From positions 806,001 to 870,000 of the forward strand of contig CAUYUJ010000002.1 in NCBI GenBank assembly GCA_963575745.1: a stretch of DNA of 64,000 nt. Direction: 5' to 3'. How positions within the stretch are numbered: position 1 is the first letter of the stretch; each line of letters opens with the position of its first letter. This document shows positions 51,332 to 61,500 of this stretch, piece by piece. This DNA comes from Prorocentrum cordatum. Taxonomy: Eukaryota. The notes below the pieces were generated by a model, which saw only the letters and a list, made by a program, of their open reading frames with translations, ran no database searches and had not been told where the DNA came from. The position numbers and the translations under genes were made by a program.

Positions 51332-53632
51332 GTGGCCACACCAACTGCGATCCGAAAGTATGACGACACTGTCAAACAGTCATCAAAGACTGACCAGACG
51401 ACAACAACGACAAAGCAAGTCGACCCTCCACGTTCGACCGCAGCATTGACAAGGTCTTGGGTTCTCGACAGTGGTTCTGCTCATCATATTCAGGGAAAAC
51501 ACGAACTTACGCAGACCGAGTCGGATCGCATATCTATTCGCGAAGAGCATATTCTGGAAACCGCCAATGGTGATCGCACCGTCAATGAGCACTACGACAT
51601 ACGGCTACCCGAGGTTGGGCTGCATAGTTCAGCCCTTGCTCTACCAGACTGCCCATCATTACTATCAGTTGGGAAATTGATTGAGGCTGATGGCTTTCGA
51701 CAGCTTTGGGATCCTGAGCTGGGCTACCTGCTTCAGGACCCGGGGGGCCAATGGTATAAGATTCCAATCAACAATCGAGTGCCAGAGTTACGACTTGACG
51801 ACTTAACATTGATACCACCACCACGTTTATGCACTTCGTCAGCACCCCGCCGTCGTCAGCGCAAGCGTTCATCCGCCCGCTGTAACGACATTTGTTGGTG
51901 CTGCAAAACTACAGAGCAACCAACCACTGCAGACGAGCTTCGGCCCCACATAGGGACCTGCCCCAAGAGACCACATGTCGGAGAGGGAGGAGGAGCACGG
52001 ACCACCACGGTCGAAGAACCTCCCGACACAAGCACAGACGAGCCCAACGTGGACACAACCACCGACTCGCCTACGTCTCAGACGCAGTGTTCTCCTCCAC
52101 AATGCGGGGGGTTAGATATAGCTCAAGCAGATAACGACATACCGACAGAGACACCCACACGAACGCATCCAGACAACGATCGAGTTCTACCCAACAGACA
52201 AAAGAAACCGATCGACCCGATGCATTATATGACTCACAGCCCAAAACACCCTGATTGTGAGATCTGTTCTCGTACGATGGCACAGAATGCCCCGCGTAGA
52301 CGACAGCGCAAACCACATCCACCGGCAGACCCCACCGACGAGGATAACGCCTGCGAGGCTTTTGTCCCGAAGAAGTTCGGTGAGGCTCTAACTGCCGACC
52401 ATATCGTACTGGCCAAAGACGATGCCGCGGACAAGCATGGCGACAAATATGCACTTGTTGTCCTTGACAGATATACCGGCATCTTCACGGCCTACCCAGC
52501 GCTACATAAAGACGCAGCTACCACAAAGGCATCCTTTCAACAGTTCATCGCCGCGAACGATGAGGTGAAGCATATCTATACAGACAACTCTGGAGAGCTT
52601 CAGAAAGCTTGCCGCCAACTGGGATGGAGACACGACGCGAGTACGCCACATCGTCCGCAGACAAATGGATTGATTGAGCGCGTTGTCAAAATTGTCATTC
52701 TCGGTACAAGAGCTGTGTTACATATGTCTGGTCTGGGACACGAATGGTGGAAAGAGGCCATGCAAGCCTTTTGCTGTGGACACAATGTTGTGCATACATC
52801 CACGGGCGCGGCTGCCCTCAGCGAAGAACATGCAGAAAAGACAGCTCATGAAATGCGATTTGGCGAAAGCTTTCCTTGGCACTGTATACCATTCGGTGCT
52901 CGGATCTTTTGGAGATGCCTCAACCCCGAGATTAACAACGAGACTGCAAAGTTCAAAGAAAATACCCGGGAAGGGTTATTCATGGGATACCACTTACACT
53001 CTGGTGGACGATGGTCAGGTGACTACCTTGTTTTGGACACGGCTACATACGCCAAGAATCCTGATGGTGAACTGTGTCATGTGCACAGAGTCAAAGACAT
53101 CATCATTCCTGATGGCAAGTTCACCTACCCAGTGAAAGATGGTACTCTACGACATCATAACCCTGAGGCACACGACGAGGTGAAGGCATCCACTTCTCGC
53201 CCCTTGGGCGACAAGCCAATGCCTGACCCTCCACTTTCCTACCCTAAAGAGTGGGATGACCCATCTATGATGACAACGGAGGATAACGCTGTTGATATCC
53301 AGACATCGGCCTCTGAAGTTGCTGCACCAGCGCCGGAGCCAGACTACTGGGAACAGCGTGGATATTGCGTCATCAGACATATCCGTACTCCAAGAAAGAA
53401 ACTGTTCATCCCGACGGACGACGTCATGAACATACCTGTACCTGTTGATCAACTCGATGTGACACGGGATTTCCAAACGACTTCTACTTTTGAGGGAGAA
53501 AGTAACTTCCGAGACGTTTGGGGTGGTGTTAGCGCCAACGACCACAGGGAGTTAAGTGAGCCGTGGACAGGCGCGATTCAGTTCTATGAACTTCCAAATA
53601 CTGTATGCCAAATTACCTGGTGGGCCACGTGA
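51332..53632 (+). CDS. pol: Pol part 1: aspartic protease + integrase
   Basis: WVLDSGSAHHI (D at 51467) ... SLLSVGKL. Integrase HHCC HYMTHSPKHPDCEIC (52223), catalytic TADH, YTDNSGE and NGLIER, plus a GLFMGY motif. Frameshift to the next part at ~53590-53630. Confidence 0.92.
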   Translation: MATPTAIRKYDDTVKQSSKTDQTTTTTKQVDPPRSTAALTRSWVLDSGSAHHIQGKHELTQTESDRISIREEHILETANGDRTVNEHYDIRLPEVGLHSSALALPDCPSLLSVGKLIEADGFRQLWDPELGYLLQDPGGQWYKIPINNRVPELRLDDLTLIPPPRLCTSSAPRRRQRKRSSARCNDICWCCKTTEQPTTADELRPHIGTCPKRPHVGEGGGARTTTVEEPPDTSTDEPNVDTTTDSPTSQTQCSPPQCGGLDIAQADNDIPTETPTRTHPDNDRVLPNRQKKPIDPMHYMTHSPKHPDCEICSRTMAQNAPRRRQRKPHPPADPTDEDNACEAFVPKKFGEALTADHIVLAKDDAADKHGDKYALVVLDRYTGIFTAYPALHKDAATTKASFQQFIAANDEVKHIYTDNSGELQKACRQLGWRHDASTPHRPQTNGLIERVVKIVILGTRAVLHMSGLGHEWWKEAMQAFCCGHNVVHTSTGAAALSEEHAEKTAHEMRFGESFPWHCIPFGARIFWRCLNPEINNETAKFKENTREGLFMGYHLHSGGRWSGDYLVLDTATYAKNPDGELCHVHRVKDIIIPDGKFTYPVKDGTLRHHNPEAHDEVKASTSRPLGDKPMPDPPLSYPKEWDDPSMMTTEDNAVDIQTSASEVAAPAPEPDYWEQRGYCVIRHIRTPRKKLFIPTDDVMNIPVPVDQLDVTRDFQTTSTFEGESNFRDVWGGVSANDHRELSEPWTGAIQFYELPNTVCQITWWAT

Positions 53633-56465
53633 CATTACTACGGTACTGTACTACCGTCAACTATCACAACAGCATGATGGAGAAGAACGTGCTTTGGTAT
53701 TTGTGGATAGCGAGGGAACCGACTTTGGGACTTTGAACCCGCTTATACGCAAGTTCACCCGGCCGGTAGTAATACCAACCATGCCACGTGAGACCAACTA
53801 CACGCCGGCACACAGAGATAAAATACCAGATTCAGCATGGTCACGCCCAGCACTAGTTACCAGAAACTTGAGTAAGAAAGAAGTTGCCGCAGAATCACGT
53901 GCACAAGAAGCCCTACGAAAAGAATACGAGAGATTGGAAAAGAAACAAACATGGATGTTGGAGACTGTTGCAGAAAAAGCTCATATTGAGTCACAAGCTA
54001 TCCGCAATGGAACAAAGGTGCATTTCTTCAATATCTTGGAGTTATCTTCAGTCAAACATGAGGAACTTCTTCCTGATCTACGTCAATTCAACGGCAGAGT
54101 GGTGGTTCAGGGCAATACAGGCAAAGATGAAACTGGCTTGGCCGCCATATTCGCCGACGCCGCTTCCAGTGCTTCGCATATAGAGGCTTCCAAACTTTGC
54201 GATGCCACTGCGTTATTGCCGCAATATGCGGGATAGCAAAGTGACGCACCTGGAGCCTACACGCAGGCCTTACTATACGGCGACGGACGAATTGATCCAG
54301 TTGATACTTGGATTACTATACCTAAATGGCGACAACCGACATCATGGTCAAAATACAAGAACCCAGTGTGCAGATTGCGATTGGCACTATACGGACATCC
54401 TCTCGCAGGTGTCTTTTGGGAACGAAAATGCCGTACATGCTTGGAAAGCGTTGGTTTCGAGCCTATTTCAGGATGGGAATGCGTATGGAGACACAACAAA
54501 CTGGGACTGATACTTTCAGTATATGTGGACGATTTTAAATTGGCCGGCCCAGCTCATAATCTACGGACTGGCTGGGATTATATTCGCAAAAGCGGTGTTG
54601 ACTTGGATCCACCTACCCCATACTCACAATATTTGGGTTGTGGACAACAAGCACATGATGTACCGCAGAACATCTTCGACAAAAGAATGTCCACAATACG
54701 CCCTATGCTACCTGCACACAATGAGAAAGATTACAATACGGCCAAACACGTTCGTGGCATTCGACATGATATGCTTGGTTTTACAGATCAGTGCATTGAG
54801 CGATACCTGGAATGCGCATCCAATCGCGCCCAGGGAACAGGGTCACGTCGGAAACGATCCGACTCGCCGAGGGCTTCGCGATCCAAATCGCCAACATCCT
54901 CCGGGTCGGTCGCCAGACCTACTAGTGTGCTCAACGCACGGCCACGATCATCCAGTCCAGCAAAATCGGTCGACACGACATCTACCAATACCATGCCCGC
55001 CACATGCCATGACCTACCCGACGCAGAGACCCCTGGCATCGAGGACACCTCTTTCACTGAGTCCGACTATTCAGACGAGGGCATCCTCGGCCAGGACGCG
55101 GCAAGTGTACTAATGAAGATCTTGTACTTGGCACGTTGCTGTCGTTTCGATCTTCTACATCCGGTATGTATGTTGGCCAGAGAAATTACCAAATGGAATA
55201 CTACATGTGACAAACGTCTACATCGGTTGATATGCTACATCAAAACGACGCGCGCACATTGCTTACACGGATGGATTGGCGATTCGTCAGACAAGTTATC
55301 CATCATGTTCTTTACCGACGCCTCGTTCGCTGATTGCATTACATCAGCCAAATCCACTACCGGTGTTTTTGCTGCGCTTGTTGGACCCAATACGTTCTTT
55401 CCAGTCAACGATGTATGTAAGAAACAAACGGTTGTTTCACATTCATCTACTGAATCTGAGATTGTTGCTCTCGATTCCGCACTACGACTGGAAGGGTTAC
55501 CACTACTATCATTCTGGGAAGCCGTGGTGGGAATTGCCAAAACATGCAAAGAGAAGAATGCATGCCTGAGCTGCCATCGACACGTCGACCCGGCGATGTG
55601 TCCCACATTGGCAGCCAAAAAGAAGCGTACACCATCGCCTCGCAAGGCCCCCCCTACACGGGGATCTTCTCCTAGCCGTAGGCAACTACCGCTAAATACG
55701 GATTTACCTACGCCTCCAAAAAGACGCACAATATCCCATGAAGGTACAGTACTACACGTGGATCCAGAGCCAGTTCAAGAGATCAGTGCTCCCAAAGTAC
55801 GTCTTATCGCCCTGGAGGATAACCAGGCCGCCATCAAAATTGTCCAAAAGGGACGTACACCAGCACTTCGTCATCTTCATCGTACTCATCGTATCAATCT
55901 GGATTGGATATGCGAAACATGCCAACTCGAACATATCGAGCTCAAATACGTAGGAACAAAAGAGCAGATCGCAGATATGATGACCAAACATTTCGAGACA
56001 AAGAAAGCAGACCTTTGGAAGGATCTCTTGGAACATTCGCTTATCTTTCCCGTTCCTCCGATACAATGTCCTCCGATACGAGGGTTTCGGAGGCCCGACG
56101 GTTTACCTCATGAAGCTGAGCCTCCTAAATTGAATGGATGCCCAGACATATGCAAGATATTGCTGACGGAAAAAGAAAGATGGGGCGAGGTAGGATCAGA
56201 ATGCGGATTTCAGTGTGTTGGGCAAGCTAATCACGAGGGACTATGTGCATGCATGTACCACATTGGCGTACCAGCTGCAGATATTGCATCGCGCACACCT
56301 CGTTCACGCGCACGTTCACCGCACGGTAGACACCCCCGTCATCCTCCCTCGCCTCCACGAGATGCAGAGAGAGTTAGGACATGGATTATCCGTTCATGCC
56401 CAATTTTACGACTCGAGCTACAAAGCTTACAAGCATCTTGTTCGCCGTTTGCGAGGCGAATATAA
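53556..56465 (+). CDS. pol: Pol part 2: reverse transcriptase + RNase H (in-frame TAG at 54234)
   Basis: GRVVVQGN, *QSDAPGAYTQA, RLALYGHPLAG..W, SVYVDDF (54522), YLGC. RNase H motifs FTDASFAD, VSHSSTESEIVA, LEDNQAAI and KEQIADMMTK. ORFs 53556-54236 and 54366-56465 share one frame. Confidence 0.93.
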
Positions 56466-58540
56466 GTGAGATCGGTTATAATCCCGACCCCCCCATCCAC
56501 GAGATGGATCAGGCACAGCCGCTCCACCTCGTCGGCTGGCCCATCGGCTACGACACGGAGTACGATCCGAACGCCAGGGACGACGACCGCGTGGGCTTCA
56601 CGTACCACGCTCAAACTGGCCGTCCTCGTGATCCCGAAGACGGTTACATATACATACATCAACGGCGTGCTGATCGAAGCGGGGAGTTCGATCTTCGCGT
56701 ACCCGACGAATCCTCTATTCGAGAGTTTGCCCGCTTCGCGTCCGTCGAGGCTAAGAAATGGGCCAATACCGAGAGTGGATCCGTCGGCGGCAACGCCAAC
56801 TACGAGCACAACACGTTCACAACTACGCCGTGGCTATCATTCATGCGTGCTATGTGTATGATTTCCAGCCTTTTCAATCGTAATCCCTCGGTACAAGAAA
56901 GTGTTCGTGGACTACATGATCACTTGAACGCGGTGATCCCAGGATCGCACCGCAAGTGTCCACCAGAAAACTTCACGACAATGATACTGAAAACGGAGTG
57001 GATGATGATTCACAACGATTGGTCCAAAATTGGCAGTGCAGTATTGGGACAATACACCGAGGACAGCGTTCGGGATACACAAAGATACTATAACAATGGT
57101 CTGTGTGCACCATCCGATGTATACCAAAATGGATTGGTAACGCCATGCTATGCTCCTAAAATTGATCGTGCAACGGCCAAGTTGCCTACTCGCCCACCTG
57201 GCATTGCCAGGACATCGGATACATCTGGACACATCGGCCATATTGTTGAAGATAATTTGGTCACCAACATGAGAGCATTTTCCGACTTTAACCAAACAAA
57301 CAAATTCCGCCGCAAGCTTACTACACGGCTGACGGCGCGCGGAGGCTTTGGAAGTATCGGATCAAACGCCAAGACGGTGGCAACACCATCCGACCATGCG
57401 AATGGTTGGGTGGCGATATTGGACGATCCACAAGATACAGACCGTACCTATCGTTGGACACCATACAACGAGGGCAACGACTTCTTCGGCGAAGCCGCTG
57501 ACCAGATCGGTTCGAATGACCCTGGCCTTACTCCTGGTAATGATGTTGACCCATTTGAGCTGGACCACGCAAAATACAGTGCTGTCTGCGGTGGTCGCTT
57601 GGTTTCTACCCTACTTTCAGATAATGGGTGGCACTCCCTCATACAAGAGGACTTGGGACTACTGTTGCATCATGCATGTGGGCCATCGGGTCACACGTAC
57701 AAATGGACCAACTTGTATACTGACTCAACATGGATCATGCAGCCCAAGAAAGGGGCCAAGAGTGCAAAACACAAGAAGTATCCTACTTTCGGCACCCAGA
57801 AGAGAATCGACCTCGCCAATGCATCAAATACTGCTCTTGTGCCGCTATTTATGCCGCGCCTCAACCGCGCGGAATACATGGGCGGCGCTACTCTTGTGCA
57901 TTTTTCGACCATTATCCGCGACGACATCATGATGTGGGCATTTTCCTTTGGCAATTATAGGGAATGGTTCAGACAGAATGACACGCCGATCGGTCAAGAT
58001 TGTGTTCTCTTGCCTGAAACTGGTTATGACGACATACGCTATGGTATGGAAGAACTACGCAAGCAACGTTTCGAGAAAGAAGATAGCCGTACCAACGCTA
58101 TTCTCAACAACCAGTTTGAGAACACTCTCGAGCAGCGCAATATGATCAGGAAGATCCGCGAAGCCAGAGGCCTCATGTTTCAAAGCGACAACGCTTCTAT
58201 CAAGAAGTGGCGCGAGTTGAATGAGACTATCTGGGATTACTGGGCCAACGATTTCCCATCATACGTGGAACAAAGACACTATTGCAGGGGACTTAATGCC
58301 ATGGTAGTATGGAGCGCGAACGACATCGCGTGTGCCAATCACGGACAAAACACCATCGACATGCGCCGACATCAGAATCGTGCTCCGACTAACGTATACG
58401 AGCTCCAAAAGATGGAATGTGAGGGCGGCGTCCCGACGCTCATGCCCGTGCACGTGCTCGTGGACGTGTCACGTTTTGTCGACGTGATGCAGTATTTCCG
58501 TTGCCCCACGGTCATGGGACCTGGAAAAGCAGCGCAATGA
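56381..58540 (+). CDS. Cargo polyprotein part 1; unknown N-terminal domain plus a possible SGNH/GDSL-hydrolase-like fold
   Basis: 719-codon complex ORF starting at ATG and overlapping the end of pol in another frame; motifs LYTDS, MGGATL, VVWSAND; ends in TGA in frame with part 2. Confidence 0.7.
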   Translation: MDYPFMPNFTTRATKLTSILFAVCEANISEIGYNPDPPIHEMDQAQPLHLVGWPIGYDTEYDPNARDDDRVGFTYHAQTGRPRDPEDGYIYIHQRRADRSGEFDLRVPDESSIREFARFASVEAKKWANTESGSVGGNANYEHNTFTTTPWLSFMRAMCMISSLFNRNPSVQESVRGLHDHLNAVIPGSHRKCPPENFTTMILKTEWMMIHNDWSKIGSAVLGQYTEDSVRDTQRYYNNGLCAPSDVYQNGLVTPCYAPKIDRATAKLPTRPPGIARTSDTSGHIGHIVEDNLVTNMRAFSDFNQTNKFRRKLTTRLTARGGFGSIGSNAKTVATPSDHANGWVAILDDPQDTDRTYRWTPYNEGNDFFGEAADQIGSNDPGLTPGNDVDPFELDHAKYSAVCGGRLVSTLLSDNGWHSLIQEDLGLLLHHACGPSGHTYKWTNLYTDSTWIMQPKKGAKSAKHKKYPTFGTQKRIDLANASNTALVPLFMPRLNRAEYMGGATLVHFSTIIRDDIMMWAFSFGNYREWFRQNDTPIGQDCVLLPETGYDDIRYGMEELRKQRFEKEDSRTNAILNNQFENTLEQRNMIRKIREARGLMFQSDNASIKKWRELNETIWDYWANDFPSYVEQRHYCRGLNAMVVWSANDIACANHGQNTIDMRRHQNRAPTNVYELQKMECEGGVPTLMPVHVLVDVSRFVDVMQYFRCPTVMGPGKAAQ

Positions 58541-61500
58541 GGCGCACATCCGAACTTTGATCACCACGCGAGCGACCTGATCAATATCATGCAGAACCGT
58601 GGTATCACTGTTCTTCCATCCGATCATTGGGTGGATACGCACGATAGGATTACTCCACAGGCTTGGCACGCCAAGCAGAACAACCATAACATGGCAATGT
58701 TTACAACGCAGTTCTGCGACGCAGCATGCTATCGCAATTTCTGCACTTTGATACAGTCTCTGCCTTCTCAGCCATATCCATTCAGGCCGCCATTGCTGAC
58801 TGCTGTCACGGACGATCAGGCCTACACGCAGGCCAAAGAAATCATGGCAGCCCTCGATTTCAGAGAAAAGTTGACAAACGAATGGGAAAGAGACCTCAGC
58901 CTCACGACGTTGATGACACAGACGGCAAACGAGATGGCTCATTGTGCGTGGATGGCGTCATGTGCCGAGGGTACATTGCCGGCATCACTGCCTGCCGAAG
59001 CAGGCGACACCACTGAGCCTACTCCTGGAATGTCGACACGCACGCCAGCACCTGACCCTGGCGATCCTGACCAAACCCTTCCTGAGAATGATCCATGGGT
59101 TATCGCATACAACGACTTGTTCCAGTACCTCATGCTGTTGATCAAAGACTACCCTGGGGCTTGGGCATCTTGGCATTCTCTTGAGAAAATGGAACTCCTA
59201 CATCCCAAGATCGTCAAAACTGTTGAAGATGCACATGCAGTTACTTGGGTTGTATTCGAGCATTTCTTACATCAGATCAAAGATTTGGATGGAGATGATA
59301 ATGCGACCAAAGTAAGAATCATTGCAGAAGATAACAGGTTGTCTTCTCACTGCATCGGCCCAGCTGCCGCGAACGAGAAGAACATCGAAGCATGCAAAAC
59401 ATTCTTCAAGCAGAATGCACTGGATCGGGTTGCTTTGGGTCATGACCCTGATATTCCTACAGCCGCATGGAAGGCAGCTGCTGATACAGCACAGCCAGCC
59501 CCACCAGGCCCATTGCCTGATCCACTGCAACCTGTACCGCAATCGATAAAAGTGTCGCAACCATCGACTCCAGAACCCAAAGCAGAACAACCGCCAGCAG
59601 ATCAGCTCCCAAAGGCTGAGGCGGTGCCGATCCCTGACGACGGCACCGACCTTGAGGCCATGGAGTTGGAGGCAACTCCTGCCGAGGAGGAGCCTTCTCC
59701 ACATGAGATGCAGGACAGCTGCGAGCGTTCCATGCACGAGGACACCAGCAAGATCGGGATATTCGATAACGCATGCACTATTCGAGAGTGGAAGCTACAA
59801 GCAGGCATCAAATATGACCATCCATACATGTGCCCAATGTTGCGGGGCACGCGCGCAACCAATGGATTTGCCTGCGTGGAAGACCATGAATGGTACGATC
59901 AACTATTGCATGATGATAGTGTGATTGCTCATACGCCTGACATCGCACAGTCTGGTTGCTTCCCAGACTGGAAATGGATATCATTACCACATTACGACGA
60001 TGTACGTTATGGTCCCGAGCTAATTGAGGAAGATTGGTTGGGAGCAGTCAAATGGATGGGCAAAGACATAACGACTATGTTACGCCATGAGATTCACTAC
60101 AAAAAGTTTTGGATCAACCAATTTCATGACAGACGTATCAATATCTGGGAGAAAACAAAAAAGAATGAATGGACGATTCCAAGCAATTGGAAATCCTTTA
60201 AAGAGATGGTCGAATGGAAATTCAGAGATCGAAAAGACAAACACAATGGACCAGCCATGGAAGCGGCAGTGGCACACTTTAAGAAAGATTGTGAACATGA
60301 TGGATATGCCGATTGGAACGACTACTACCCGATATTCATCATTCATGCGTTCCAGAAACATATTGATTCGCAGAAAAACAGAATCGAGATACATGCCAAG
60401 CCGATCCCTGAGGGAGGTGACCCCAGTTCTTTTGACTGGAACAGCGTCATCGTTATTCGGTGCGTTGGTGGTCACAGTTGTGCCAATCCATCTTCCAAGC
60501 CATGGAATATGGGATGGGAGAGCCTACAATGGACAGATGTTAAATATCTCCATCACGGCACAGCATCCCGCGCTTGGAAGAACATATTGAAGACAGGGAT
60601 CATTCCTGGATACGTTGATCCAACTTCTCAGAGAGACAAACATCATAAACCATCACAGCGCTCTGAGGCATTATTTAGTTCTAGCACATATTTGAACAAT
60701 GTCCAAAAGAATCCACACACTTCAGTGGAATCATACAAGTTCAATAACTACAAGAACGAGGTCGAGCTGGTGATCAACATGGAGATCGCCACAACAGCAG
60801 GTTGCAGATTTTGGTTGGGTGCTCAGGGCGCTATCATGACAGAGGACGTGGTACCCGCTGCGGCAATTATTGCAATTCGCCGCCTCAAGCCACACCACAT
60901 GCATGGCCAGCAGTTATGGCCAGATGGCGACCCATGGGACTACCCGCCATTGGCAGCAAGACAGCCATTGAGTAAGTACGAGATTTGCGCCTACCTTCCT
61001 GGAGAGCTCATCGATGACCCTCCTGGGATAGCACCTGTCAACCCCGACCAGAACATGGAGCCTCCAAGGACAACGTCAGCGTCAGCACCTTCGGTCAAGC
61101 TGGGGGAAACCCCTGCTAGCCGCACGTCTGCAGACGACGCCTTGGATGAACAAATAGTCCGCGCTATGATTCGGGAGACCAATCACAAAGCAGATGATAA
61201 AGAATGGTTAATTGCCTTGTCATACTGTCGCGAAGCTCTTCGACCGATCACATCGAAGATCATGCAAAAAGATCGGGGCCGTCGCCCTGCATTTAATGAT
61301 GTTCGAATGGGAGACTTCATTGTCGTCAAGAATTGGGGTTCTACCAAATGCTTTCATTGCGACAATCACTGGCCCAAGGGCAATCACAATACCAAGATTG
61401 CCTTGACCAAGGGACGCATATATGGTCAAATCATCCATTTCGGCATCTTCGACAAGTTCTTCGCGGTACAAGTACCTATTCTCAACTACGGTTTACGATG

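Noticed and set aside
50208..51449. 413-aa ORF overlapping gag in another frame
   Set aside because: No motifs; best explained as a shadow of the Arg/Ser-rich gag codons.
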